Assembly (NCBI GenBank): GCA_030141605.1
Contig: JAQGDQ010000311.1
Location: 216,150 to 280,149 of the forward strand
DNA length: 64,000 bases
Source of the DNA: Tubiluchus corallicola
Taxonomy: Eukaryota; Animalia; Priapulida
Reading direction: 5' to 3'
Position numbers and translations under genes: made by a program. Positions 13,101 to 28,100 of this stretch are shown piece after piece (within the stretch, counting starts at the first letter, position 1; the number at the start of each line of letters is the position of its first letter). Under the pieces are notes generated by a model. That model was not told where the DNA came from. It ran no database searches and was given only the letters and a program-made list of their open reading frames with translations.

Positions 13101-16100
13101 CAAAAAGGAAACCAGAGGTTAGAGTGTTGAATAAAAAAATTCAAGTTTGGTATTTTAAAGTATGAAAACTGTGAGCCGCAATAACTAACTACAAAAAGAA
13201 TAACAAACCTAAAAGATGAAGAATTCCTAGATACAAATGATTTGCATTAACTTAATAAAATCTGACTAAGATAAGAAAAGAGACACTAACGACCTATTTC
13301 AATAACAGAGAGCAATGAGAAAAGGCTGTGCAAATCCTTACAAGAACACAAATCCAAAAAAGCACACAGAATTTGACAAAAATATATCAATCTTTATAAA
13401 ATACAGTAGGTGCCGATTAATAGACACTTTGGGATGGAAGCGTTTTGACCCAATTAAACGACTGATTCAATTAGGCGACGGGTGTAGCCTATTACTACTG
13501 TAGAAGTATGAATCATGACTCATCACCTTGGTATCCATTGCAAACGCTTTAAATGAATTGTATTGCCGATGTGCATTTATATAACACACTAATTTATATA
13601 AGTGAATTAGTAAAGAAAGAAAATAAAAAACTGCACAAATCTGGTTATTACCACTAAAAATTACAAAAATTCAAGCAAGGTCAGTTGCTTCCTTCATTTT
13701 TTCACGAAAAAGTTGATTTATGAAGTTCTCGTTGAAAACCTGTTGCTGTATGTTGCACATATTCACGCAAAACACGTAGTCACCTATTGCTTGAAATGCA
13801 GCGGGTGCTGACCTTGTTTCCCCCATGAAAAGCAGCAGTATCATTCAAAAGCAAACCGCTGGACAAGTGATTAAATGTTTAGCTTCCAGAAACAACGAAG
13901 TTAACTGCAGCGGACAAGCGGGTGACAGATTCAAAGGAAAAGTGCTACACTAACACATTAGCGCATATGATAAATGTACTGTACCTGCTTACAAAGCTGT
14001 ACCTAACATGACTATTTCCACGTATATTATAGTGCACAAAATCAACGTAAAGATGACATAAAAGCAGCAAAAGCTCTTTGGGCAAAGACAAATGTCTTGT
14101 ATTAAGTACAAGAAGGAAAAATATTGAGTCTATTATTTGGAGTTATTTGCGTCAATTGCCGACAGTCTTTATATGCATTTGAAGATGTTTTTGAGTCAAT
14201 TTAGGCGACTGAGTCTAATAAAAAACCTTGAGTCTAATAAACGGCACCTACTGTAGCAAGGTTTTCTTAATCAAAACATGTGAAACAACAGTTTAATACA
14301 AATAAGGCACAAGCGCAGAACAGCTTTGCCACACGACACTGAAACAACTTTAGCAAAAATTAAAATCCGCGCTACGCTATAATGAGGACTAACAACTTTT
14401 GAAATGTAATAAACAATAATTCAAATTTGAAAACAGTTGCATGCAACATTTTTCTCAAAACATACGATAAAAACTATTCAAAGAGGCAAATGTATGGAGA
14501 AAAACACATACACAACTCTGGCCTTGTATCCCCGCCACGCACTCTGTATCATGGTGGCCGCTCCCCGACTCAGCTGGTAATTCCTCGATGCGATGTAGCG
14601 GCGCCACCACTTCTGCACGATCACCACGGCCAACAGTTGAGCTTGCAAACGAACCCGTCTTCGCTGAGCTAAAAAGCGCCTGACGTATTTCTGCCAATAA
14701 AACAGCCAAATTTAACGCCGCATTAAACAGTAAATCTCACTTGCGACATAACTTCTTGAAACGGTAAAGTTTACCTCGTGTATTTACAAACAAAATCATC
14801 AATTTGCAATCTACGCAACTTCAAAGAAACAAAAAACTTTGCATTTGTTTTAACAGCATTTGCACAGGATGAATTCAATTAGCGTAAATTCAAAAGCTTG
14901 TCATGATCACAATATAGTAAACAATTCCACACAAAAGAAAAATCCAAATTACAGAAATGAAAAAATAGCAATGCACATCAGTCAAATTCTTAAAATGCAA
15001 CTATTTCAGTAAAAGTAGATAATTTCATGAAAGTTGAATAAAACTTATGAAAGTGAAAAGTTACCACTGGATTTGAACTGCCGTCTTTTGGACAGCAAGT
15101 TACCATTACCACTGGATCACTGGTTCAGTTTTGTTTCAAAAATTTAGTAACTGAAGGTTGATTCTGATATCTTGAAACTAAGATTATACATATTAATTAT
15201 GTAACTGTCTAATTTAATCCACTGTACATTAATCTAGTGTACGTTGTGTTACTGTCAACTTTACTAAATACGTTAAAACGTAGGGGATTCTAACCTGTAA
15301 GGTAACGGCTGCCTCTCTCATGCTGACATATTCCCTACGTTGCAGATGAGCTCTGTACCAGCACTGGATCGTGATAATCCGGCGGATGATTTCACGATGG
15401 AGTCGTTCATCCAACTTGCTCTTCTCCGCGTCTCGCATAAAGATCTAATCAACAGAAAAATGCTTGACGGCCTGTTATGATTTTTACCAGAACTGCAGGA
15501 TAAAACAATCTTAATTGTACAAATAAGAACAAACCTTGATGGTAATTCACGAAAGTAAGATTAGTTCTTAAAATCCACAAGAGAACTGAAGGCTCCACTA
15601 TAATCATAGGAAGCTAACAAGATTACAGACACAGAAAAACCACAAAGCCCTCCAACTGACTGCAGTGCATTTTTAGCTTGTTACAAAGACTGCAGAGCAT
15701 TGAATCAATAACCACTCAAAATCCTCTCCAAAACCAACAATAAAAAAAGCTTTAAATTAGTTCTTTTACTCCACAACAGGACCGGAATGCCATGGTGCAT
15801 TTGACAAATTAAGAACAATAATAATAACCTTCAGGCATAATAAAAAATCATTGCTCGAAATATCGTAAACTGATTTGTGTTACCTTTGTGCTTCCAAGTT
15901 GGTAATTATCCCTGTTTAGGTTTAGATTAGACAAAAAATCCTCAACATCCCGCCGTGAACTGAGCAGACCTTTTGGCAGCAGAATTCGGTAGTGTTGAAT
16001 GAATTCCTTTGAAAACAAAGCACACACGCACATATATTAACAAAAAGTTCAGGCATGGCTTCATTAAAATACCAAAAAAAAAGGAAACACGCTCTAAACA

Positions 16101-19100
16101 CCGTTAACCAGAATGTAAATAATTTACCAAGCTTAACTTTTCAAAATTCAAATGTAAAATTTGCACGGATAAAATGACGTCAAAATGTTGCTTAAGCTAT
16201 GTCTCACTTATACATATAGTTGGTCACTATAAAAATTAGTTTCGGATGCTTTAACAAAACAAGTCGCAAAAATAGGCTTTTTTCAAAAAATTCTTGGTCA
16301 TTAATTGGTACAACCGAGGAAGAGGAAGAACTGTAATCGAATCACATTAAAACAAATGAATGGTTAGAGACGTATTTTATAAAGAAATAAATATTTTAAG
16401 TTAAACAAAGCAGCATGTATTCACTAAACTTATTCCTAGTTGTACTTATTGGACAAAATGTGTCCATATTATTGAATGATTAATGAACCATTTTTGCTAT
16501 GCAAAGTATGACTTTAATAACGACTGAATGTTTAGATGAACAAATGCACAACCACTTCACAAACTCCTGAATTTTTTAGAGGCATACAGAGATGTACAGT
16601 TTCAACTACAGCAAGTCCTTGGCATAAAATGATAAAGTTTGTTCCCAGGCCTCGCTTGATACAAACGCTAGCACTTAGTGTGCAATCAGTCGCGAAACAA
16701 AAGCATATAATAATTGCACTGGTTACGTTACTAATTGCATTTTCAGAAGAGAATAGCACAAAATGTAATGTTTTAATGCATCAAATTAGGTTAAAAGTTG
16801 TTGATAAAATAAAAACTGGCTATAAACGACACAAAAAATCCACGTTAAAACGAAATGTGTGTCGTTAAGTGAAAAAAGGTGTCAAATGTTTAGCGCTGTT
16901 AAAATGAAATGTCGCTTAAACGGGGAGTCGTTAAGCGAGGATGCACTGTACTAAAAAAAACTCATCATATAAATTAGCTACAGCCGACAAAGTTAGCCAA
17001 TATCTAACCTAACTCTCACCTCGAATGTTAATCGCACGTTGAAACCAGCGCGTCGAATCCGTACGGTTTCCAACATTCCCGTGTATCTAAGCTGACGAAG
17101 GATGATGTCGTTATCAAACTTACACGGAGCCTGAAGAACAATATAAATTAATCAAATCATTTTTAAATCAAATTCATTCCATTTTTAAATCAAAACATAA
17201 AAAAAGATTACTATAAATCTTTACGCATGAAAATAATTCTATAAATGTCTGTTGGTCACAACTGTGTAATATTTCATTGGAACAAGCATTAGTTTTTAAT
17301 GTTAAGGTTGTACAGTACATAAATACTGACCAATAACATCTGACAAAAATATTTTTACAAAATTATTATAAAAAAATACTCGAAGGTGGTCTGCCATTAG
17401 CCATATCTTCTTAGGTCTGTATTATTTTCTTTATGTAACATCCATCATTTTCACAAAATTCTTTTTTACAGTTGACTATATATTTGTATTTCAAATTTAT
17501 GTCAATTAATGTGATCATGATATATATATATATATATATATATGTTAAATGAATAAATTACTTTGAATTTTGAATAAATTAAGTTTTCACGGAATATATT
17601 AAAGTACAAAAGCACAAGTATGTATCAATGCTACTTTTTCTCACAAATGGCATGTCATTTCGTGCAAAAATAAAAAATATGTTCTAAAAATTAGCATCAA
17701 AATGAAATGCCTTTGTTATAGTTTACAAGTAAAACAAGATTTCTACTGTTTTATTAAAATTGTAGAATAAAACACTTCATTTTATACATAATAAAATCAA
17801 AATATAAAATATTTCGTGTCATACCTTTTCAACGTTTGAGCGAATACATCGTACGAAGAATGGATTTGCCTCGTTGAGCGTTTCCATAAGCTTTGTTAGT
17901 GATACCTGCAATGAAAATGCGCTTGATGGTTTTCGAATATTTGCTCATACATTACAAATAACCGTAAAAGCTAAAAATAACATTTATGAAATCCGGTGCT
18001 GTCGACTAAACAAAAGCCATAACAATGGCAATACGTTAAAATTCGAAAAAAAATGTTAACAGGAGAAAACAGAGAGTTCCGTAAATACTAATGCAAGTAA
18101 CAACAAAGCATAAATCACCTGATACTGAAGTAAAGCTAAAGTTTTTAATAAACAATTTATTTCTCGATATGCAGTAAGCAAAATAAATTTTTAGTTAAAG
18201 GGCCCTAACTTAATTAGTACCAAAAAGAATAATGCCCAGTGTACTGTTATAAATATTATGTCTTCAAATTTGTGAGAGTTTAACAATTATAATAATAAAT
18301 AATAAGATATTTTTTCATAAAACTCTCTTTCAATCATTTTTTTCAAAGGCGCTGTACAATTCAAAATATTTACTAAATTATTAAAATACTAAGCTATCTA
18401 CAAATCAATAAAATCGCAAATCGTTAATCACTTATACATCAAAATACTGCTTAAAAAGATGAGTTTTCAGTTTCCGTTTAAAAGAATTTAAATTTAAACA
18501 TTCTCTAATTTCATTTGGTAGCTTATTCTAACACTCTGACTCAACGCTCCAAAAGAAAAAAAAATCAGCAAGGATTTTCTTTTATATTAAAAGGTACAAC
18601 AAGTTTTAGTTCATTTGGTTTGCTAGCTCTAGTGCGTTCCTGTTACAAACACGAAACTTGCAGACGATTAGTGAAGAAAGCTGGAGCCAGACCAGGTAAT
18701 GCTTTGTATGTTAAAAATCAATATTTTAAAAGCACACCGACATCTGATTGGTAGCCACTGAAGATTACATTAGGTAATGGAAACATTTAAAAACCATGCA
18801 CTGAACACAATGAGTGGGGTGTAATTCAGTATTCAAATTTTGCGATTTCCCACTGGGAAAATACATCATACCTACGTCGAGCCGTAACCCTTGATAGTGT
18901 AACAATCATGCATAAACACGATACTACATGGAATGTTTGGCATTATTGATCACTGGTGGTGGGAAAACACTTAGCATGTACACTTTTATCGGTTCCAATT
19001 TTTAATACTGCGTTTACTGGTAAATTTCTAGTTGGGTGAACAAGGGGTTATGTACACATAAATTACTGTAAAAAAGGTTAAAAACATGAGCCATAACTGC

Positions 19101-22100
19101 AAAAATCTTGCCATGTATTCACCAGATACAACCACACCAGCTAAGTACATTTCCAGCTGTACAAAAACACAAAAGCGTCTTTAGTACGATACTGCAAAAA
19201 TCATTTAGCCAAACTAGGCACTACCAGAGACAACACTGTCGTTAATTCAGCATTCTCACTCACCTGAAACTGAGCACAGACTGTGGGAGATTTCTTCTTT
19301 GACTTGTAAGTACCATAACCAGCTACCACCTTCATTGACTTGATGTCAATTAAACCCTAAATAAAACACAAATTGCAAATTACACGAGCTGCTGCGACGA
19401 CATCGAAGCAAAAGTCCAATGTACAAAATCAGCAACAACAAGAGCAAGTTTCACAAGAAGATGTTTCTGCAATTTGTCATTTTTACCTTGTTACTCCTCG
19501 TTCTCGGTTTGAAAGATTTGTTCCTCCTAAATAAAAGAACGAGATTTAGTACCGGTACAAAAAATTTCACTTTGTCATCACATATGTTACGCATTAGGCA
19601 AAAACTTTTAGATATCATTGTCAGCAAGGAAGAGCAAAATTTCGGCTAACCTTATTTAGTTAAACTACATCGTAATGTTCTTTCTGAGGTGCAAAAGTAA
19701 CTCAACAGATCTAACAGGGAAAATATCCCTAATAAAACAATTGTTTATTAATTAAAGGGAAAAACTGTCGGCATCCCAATATTTGAAACAGTTACAATTA
19801 ACAAATTAAAATAATATCAAGAGAAATAAATTTAGAAAAGCAATTTAGTCTTAAAGTGGTTTGTGCGGTTTCAGTTTATAATATTAAATAAAGAAAATAG
19901 ATTTAAAACTTCCTTCAAGTAATAACCTAGGTGGTTCTTTTTCAAACCGATGAGAACACAAAGTACCATTCATCAACACATTCATCATATTCAGAGTTAA
20001 CAGGCCAATGCTCTATGGGCAGAACCCTAAATTGCTTCTACGAGTTTAAATATTTTATGTTACGATTCTCTGCAGTGATTTTCACAACAAAAATTGAAAC
20101 GATGAAAAGTGAATTTCCAAACGGATACAGTGATACCTCGAGATACGAAATTAATTCGTTACGGAGGGGTCTTCGTCTCTACGAGACAAGATTCACCATA
20201 TAAATGACGTAATTCATTTCAGTCCCAGAAAACAGTCGTATAAAGTGTAAATACTTTACCCACCCGAAAGAAATATGTTCACTAATGACCGATCGTCGAA
20301 GGGTTTCGCTTATACTCCCCCGAGATAGCACTTAAATGCATGCCAATTTCATATTTAGCTGTAATTTCAAGCTTTGTTTCCATAGACATCATTCTTTTCT
20401 TCTTATCACTACCAATGGCACTTTCATATTTTTTGGACCCATGGTTATTAAATGCGTTCACATGAGATAAGAGCACAACAATGCATTCACGCGATGCTAC
20501 GAAATGCATTCTGGGAGGACCGCTGTCGGGTGGCACTTTTGATTTTCATTTTCGTATGTTGAATATTTTTTCGTTAAATGGACGGAAATTTTTTCGAAGC
20601 CCGATTCATATTCTGAATTTTGCGTATACGAAGGTTTTTGTAAGTCGAGGTTCTACTGTATGACAAAAACAAGAAGACGACGTCACAGTTATTACAGAAA
20701 ACCCATCACCACAATCTTGTGTAACAACACAATGCGTGGGAAGCACAAAATAAAAACTTCTTATGATTTCCTTTCATGCTTTTCTGTATAACAAACTACA
20801 TACACCATTTCCGAGCGAGTAATTTTTAAAAAAATTAAAAGGACTGTCAGTAAATATGCTGACTCTAAATACTTTAAATGGTGACTTTGTCAGAGCGTTA
20901 TAGAGTTAGTTCGCTTATTGCATAAGTCTCAGTCTGGATCAAGCACCCAAAGAGGCCTGTTACTTTGTTTAGGAAGTTTTCAGCTAGCGGTAGTTCTGAA
21001 ATAATGTGCGACATTTGCTAAAATCACATTCTTCGGTGTACATAAATATATTTTATAACGTATACATAAAATAATAGAGCATAGACATTCTTATAAACTA
21101 ATAGCCACAACTCAATAAATGAATACAATATTCTTCATGCAAGTCATTTCAAAACTTTAGCCAAAATTGAACTCATCAATAGGCGGATTATTTGGCAAAT
21201 GCAAAGATGAGTTTACGTGCAGAAAGTATGAGAAACAATTCTAACTAGTTTAAGGGAGAGTGCAAAATATAAGCAAAAACCATGCATACATAATGATTTT
21301 GTTGGCTTTTGCGAACACTTTGTTCTCTTCTTCGGACGGATAGCCACCGTTGACCTGCTCTTCTATGTTCCTGACGGTGGCAGATACGCTTATCATGGGA
21401 GTTCGCACTGACGACAAACGACTCAAATATTTAGGCACGTTTCTACGGTTACTACTGAAACATACGGCAAACGGTAAGGATTTGTTAGTACGCATAGGCA
21501 GAGAAGAAATATACTAAAAGCGACAGCAAGAGTTTAGTACCTATGTCTAGTACCGTTTATTTCTATGCACAGTTTCTATTCAAACAGTTTTTGTAATTCT
21601 AAACCAAAAAATGTGAGCAAAAACACTAAAAATGGTAAAATATCAGCAGTTTTCCATAAAATGGTACAACGCTAATGAAAACCACCAGTTTCCTAAAATC
21701 TAAAACAAGCACTAAGACAAAATTACGGCTATTTTCATGTTAACAAGGGCCTGTCTTATAAATTATTTTGTCTATGTATCAAATTGCAAACGCATATCAA
21801 AATCAGACACGTGGCAATGCAACATTTAACAAATAACTAGACAAATTCCAAACGATACACACAAAAAGCCAAGCACTTAATAATCAACATGAACAGGAAA
21901 CAAAAGTCTTCAGAGGCAACACAATGCGCACTCTTGCACACAACGAGGCAGACTTACGCCATGGCACGCAGCATGGAGTACACTTTGACTGTGCGCACAA
22001 TGTCACTGGAAAGCAAAAATCAATAAGCTAACAAAAGTAGTAACAAAAATTAGAGTGGATTGCAATTCAAAAAGTCTGCAAGGATAAGAAAGACACGAAA

Positions 22101-25100
22101 TTATTCATAAGGCTGCTAAGACAACTCAGATTTGGATTATAATACAGAGTAGGCTTTGAAAATGTTTAGTTTTTGAGACAAAATCAAGCAAAAATCAAAA
22201 ATGTCTAAGCAGTAAAAGTTGTTTTCATTTCTAAAGGTTGATTATTAAACTTTGTTCCTAAACAGCAAGTTTTCTGTGGGTCAAGAGAAAAAAATGTGCA
22301 ACTACCCGAAAGCCCAAGCATTTGATAGGAATTACATCATAGCTGATATTGCTGAAAGCACTAAAATAAGAGCAGCTCTTTTCAGAAGACTGAGCCAGTC
22401 GAAGCAGCCAATAACCAAAAGTATACAGAGTCTACTGAAAAGCGCAAGCAAAATTTGCAGATAATCCAACTTCTCTTCCACAAACAAGGAAACTTTCTCG
22501 ACAACACGTATTTGAGATGTCTGACATCAAACTGTTTAAATTGCTACCAATTTCACAACATTACATGCAAAAACGGGACACATACTTGGCATCTTCACTG
22601 ACACTTGGCTGTTTCGGCAAAGTTTTTTGTCTTCTTAAGCTTCCACGGCGACCTAAAATGCAAAATTTGACATAAAAGAAAAGTTGTTGCAAAAAAACTC
22701 GCTTAAATAGAACATCCTCTAAATTAGACAGCTAGTTGAGAACAACAAGATCATTCCGATATAATAGTTATGGTTTATAATATTTTTACTACGGTTTCGA
22801 AGAACTTGGCATTAATTCACAACTGACTAGGTCATTTCCAGGGTAGTTCAGTGATATTTACCAATGAATTGATGCAAGCGATACAATGAATAAGTGGAAA
22901 CTCTAAACAAAAGCATCGATTTGATATATGGATGAAGCATGTTGTGAGGGAGTATCGATGAAGTATGATTTTATGCAACCAATTACATGAAATCAATTTT
23001 CATAATCGTAGTTGAGAGATCTATTATTGCACGAAAGGCATGGTCAAGCCTAAATTAGTTACCTACATCATGCAGAAACTAGGGGGAGGGGGAGTCATGT
23101 GTTTCAAATTCAAAAAAAGGATTGTAATTGAACAGATTGTTTTATTCGGTTGAGGCAAATGGATAAAAGATCTCACCCGATTCTCTATACTGTTTTCCGG
23201 CTGCCCGAAAAGCATAAAAGGCTCTGAAATAGGCTCTGACCACTGCCCAGCGAAACACCGCTACTGGATCAGTGCCTGCAATGAAAACTAACTGTAGGAG
23301 CAATGAAATGACAGATCAAAATAGCACATCAAGTCAGCAGAAATGTAGTCCAGGGACCATTTCAGTCATCAGAAAACTTTACTTAATTTGGCCAGGCATT
23401 GCTATGGTTGTCCATTTGTTTTGTCAGAGTTACACTGAAGACATGACAATAATGTAAAATTTAATTTTCCAAAAAGTTAAATTCTAACAAAATATCTTAG
23501 TGACTTTTTATCTAAAAACATGACAAAACGAGTCAAGCTCCCGTGTAGTAGTGCTATTGGAATTCAAGGAGATACTTTCCCTTTGAAAACCGCGCATTAC
23601 GAGATTAAAAATTTCACTTCTTTGATTACTAGGCACTTCAAATTTTCAGAAATTCTATGTTAGCAAGAGCAAGAAGGGATTAATAATTGATGCTTGAATG
23701 TAGCAATTTTCTGAGACTTAACCAAATTTGCAAACAAATATGAGGAGTCATGCAAAACATAGACGTTACTTTTATAGAACCATTCTGCAAAATCACAGTC
23801 TGAAATGTCGCACACAACAACAATAAAAATATAAGGTTCAACACATACAGTAAACTGCAGAATACAATTTTATTAATGTTTATCACAATGATGTCCTATT
23901 AAACATCATTATCAAGTGACCGATTTAATATGCAACTATAAATGCCAGATCTTAAAACCTCAATATATGTATTACCGATTATCTAGAAAACTATTGGTAG
24001 AATACCATTTTACCAGTTTACTTCGCCTGTTAAGCAACTTCTAATGACATACTCAAGATGCTAACAAGTCTATAAGATTGCTAATTTGCAAACAAGTGAA
24101 AAATTTCAGTTCTACAAAAAAATCCAGTACATTCTTTCAAGTAACGAAGCTGTCTAATGATGATTCCTGCTGCAAAGCTATACAAGTACATACCGATTAG
24201 CTCTCTTACAAATGCCAGGCTGCTGCGTTTTAATACGCTGACAACGTCTGGACGAATGAGGTCTTTATTCTTCTCACGAAAGTCCTAGAAAAACAAAAGT
24301 TGTGTTATGTTTTATAAAATTGCTGATCAGTAATAATAATAATAATAATTTATTTTTTGCCTTCAAAATAACAGTCATAGATAGTATATAACAATGATTT
24401 ACAAAGATTAAAGAAGGGCGGGATGGTGAAAGACCAAAAGGTCATCTAGTCTGCCATCCCTAAATAGTGAGTCTACTAACTTCAGCATGGCGAGCAAATA
24501 TTGTTAGAACAAAATAAAGATTTGAATAGGAAAACAGATCAAAATTAAATTAATAGCAAACAATTATGGTAAATAAAATTATGCAAATTTACGAAAAACA
24601 AAGTGAAAACAAAATTAGCAAAGCAAATGAGTTCTATGGGCAAAACTAACTAATTAAAAGCAAAATCAACTAAACGCCATTGCATTTATTTGAAATACTG
24701 ACAAATGTAAATCATGATCAATGTGAGTATTCATTACGTAGCAGAAATGATTTTGCTTTGTTCCGTATCAGATGTAACTATTTTAAATACTCGTTCTTTC
24801 CTGAGTGAATGGAACAATTTGCTAAACTTTACAAAAGACTCTCCTTGCTTCAACACATTTTGCAGCAGATACAAACAGCATCTAAATGTTTTTAGCTGAC
24901 CTACATATTATACATTCAGAAGCAATTCCATAGACATGATTGAGTGTTGGCTTTTCTCTAGTAAAACATGATCTCAACAATCACGGATGCAGAGACAGAA
25001 CTCGTGACGACACAGAGACAGATCGTCTCAGGGGTGTTGTAAGTCCTGGGAACCACAGGGGGCAAATTATGCTTTTTGGGTATCAAAACCAAATTATCAA

Positions 25101-28100
25101 AAAAAAAATACACCAAAAACAACTTTCTTATGCTGCTATTGCAGTTCTTCTGCGTTATATATATGAACATGTTCTTTGGTAGACATGAAAAAAGCTCAAT
25201 AGTACACAAAAGTGCTTAAAGCAAAACCAGATCCAATCTTAAACTGTAGGTCAAAGAAACCTGCTCATTAAAATATTGAAAGTAAACATACTATTTTTTC
25301 AGGAATCACTTGCGTAAAAGAATTTATACCAGACATACACAATTTCACGTTCGCGCCGCTAGTTCTTCCCTGTTACATGCATTTCACCATTCGTTAGTTA
25401 AACAGACACTAGCGCCTGCATTTCGGAAATGGGTGCTGTACCTCTCAGTAACAGATGTGTTAGTTTCTGACAAACTACACACATTCGTCCGGTCATGCGT
25501 GAGCACAGCCGCTAATTCGAAATCTGAATTTTTACCTTAAAACTTGCCTAGTTTTAGCACAACACACTGAATATCTTACAGTGGCACTGTACTTCAATTT
25601 TCGCTTTCGCAAACACGTGCAACACGCTCGTGGAATTATTTTGCTGTTGAAATTATGTTAGTTTGTGATGTTATTGACAGTTGGAGTCGCGCATGTTAAT
25701 TAAGTTTTTAATCTATTATTTACTTATCAGAAATGCTTTTGCAGTATTACTTGTGTTAAAATGTATGCTTTTTATCGAACTTGAAAGTGGGAGTAATATA
25801 TGAATATTCATCCTGTCTTCCTTTAATTTTCAATAATTGTAATATCCTTTAGTGCAGTGGTTCCCAAAGTAGGGGTAAATTACCCCCCGGGGCTAATATG
25901 TTTTTTTGGGGGGAGGGGGGTAACGGGCACCCCTCTGAAAATTTTTAAAACTTCGCTCGGAATGCATTTTAAGTAGTTTTCTTCTTGAAGAGACTGCACC
26001 TGGAACTTTATTTATGTCACGAGCAAACATAAATAATTTTGCTTGGTTGTAGCATATACGTGTGTTTACTTTTTGAGTTGGAGAAGTAGTACTAGGTGGG
26101 GGGTAATGGACACGACCGGGTTTCCCGATTTGGGTAACAGTCCGAGAAAGTTTGGAAACCACTGCTTTAGTGTAATATACATCATAAGACTCATGGTTGC
26201 TACTGTGTTACTGAGGGTAGTACTACTGATTGTGTTGTGGTTAGTACAGATGGCAAAGGAAGCCAATGAAGCTAGGTGGTTCACAAACTTGCCTGTGAAG
26301 TTGCAGAATGTGCGAGAACTGAAATTTGATGCATGTGCACATGTGAAAGACTTAGAATGTGTGAAAGTTGGCAGGTCATTGCCTACTAGTGAAGGTGAAC
26401 AGTCAAACTTCTAGGTAGAAACAAGAATAGGTATCTGTCCCACTGAGATAACAGATAAACAGCAAGTTTATCACAGTAACAATGAATGGATAAGCCCAAG
26501 GTTTTTTGTGTTAGTAGATAATCCACAAATAAAATGGCAACTGTAAGTAAAGTACAATAATAGCTTATATAAGAACAGAAGTGAAACTAGAGCAAGTCTT
26601 GACACGAACACTGTGTACAGCATACATTATAAAGTACAATAATAGCTTATATAAGAACAGAAGTGAAACTAGAGCAAGTCTTGACACGAACACTGTGTAC
26701 AGCATACATTATTAAAATACAATAATAGCTTATATAAGAACAGAAGTGAAACTACAGCAAGTCTTGACACGAACACTGTGTACAGCATACATTATTAAAG
26801 TACAATAATAGTTTATATAAGAACAGAAGTGATACTAGAGCAAGTCTTGACACGAACACTGTGTGCAGCATACATTATTAAAGTACAATAATAGCTTATA
26901 TAAGAACAGAAGTGATACTAGAGCAAGTATTGACAAGAACACTGTGTACAGCATACATTATTAAAGTACAATAATAGCTTATATAAGAACAAAAATGATA
27001 CTAGAGCAAGTCTTGACACGAACACTGTGTACAGCATACATTATAAAGTACAATAATAGCTTATATAAGAACAGAAGTGATACTAGAGCAAGTCTTGACA
27101 CGAACACTGTGTACAGCATACATTATTAAAGTACAATAATAGCTTATATAAGAACAGAAGTGATACTAGAGCAAGTCTTGACACGAACACTGTGTACAGC
27201 ATACATTAGCACATTAGCAAAAACAATATGCACGACATACCTTTATCTGATACTTGACACTACCAGCATAATGCTTAATGATGAAGGCACTTTCTTTTTT
27301 AGCGGGTATTTCATAGTAGGAGTTGTTCTTATGTTGCTGATTGAACTTGGCCAATAGCGTGTCATTTGTAGCACCGGGAAAACTAAAATACAGAGAAGCA
27401 TTAGAAATATTTACTGAAAGAAATGACATTGCGGCTAATTTAAATGAAATCATTATAATTACTTTTCTGAGATAAAAAACTTGGCAGGTTAAAGAACATT
27501 AATTCATTCGAATGCTCGCTCATAACTAACAAAATGGCTGAAAAAATTTAAAAATTTGAAACTGGCACAACATAAAGTGTTACTGTTTTTGATACATTTT
27601 TCTAATACATAAGGAAGTTAGAAATGTCATTTTTTTAAATGTTTATCTATAGCCAGTGTTAAATGAGGTACTATAAAAAAGAAAAGAGTACAATTGCAAC
27701 AGTAAAAATATCCAACTAGAATAACAACTCTTTACTTCAAGAAGTATTAGCTACAGGTATTCGAAAACGGTTTTACCATAAAAAAATGGCTGCTGCGTTA
27801 GGTGGAACCGGGGATGGTACTGAAACCAAAATTTCATTTCGGTTTGTCGATAATTGTATTTTCAATTTAGTTTCGTTTTCGCTACAAATTATTAAGTTTC
27901 GTAGGTGAAACTTTCAGTAAACTTTTTCCGAGATTTTAATAATATTTATCCTGTTTACCTATTTTTTCTGCTACATGTTAAAAATTGCTGAAAAAAATTG
28001 GCTAAAATAGTTCAAATAAAGCATAAATATTGTATATTTAATTTTTTGTACCATTTGTAGCATGCTTTTTACGGCAATGCGGCATATCTTCAGTGTTGAC

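Noticed and set aside
16840-16948. Solo Tc1/pogo-like end (TCGTTAAGCGAGGATGCACTG|TA)
   Set aside because: No matching left TIR found, so boundaries cannot be defined.
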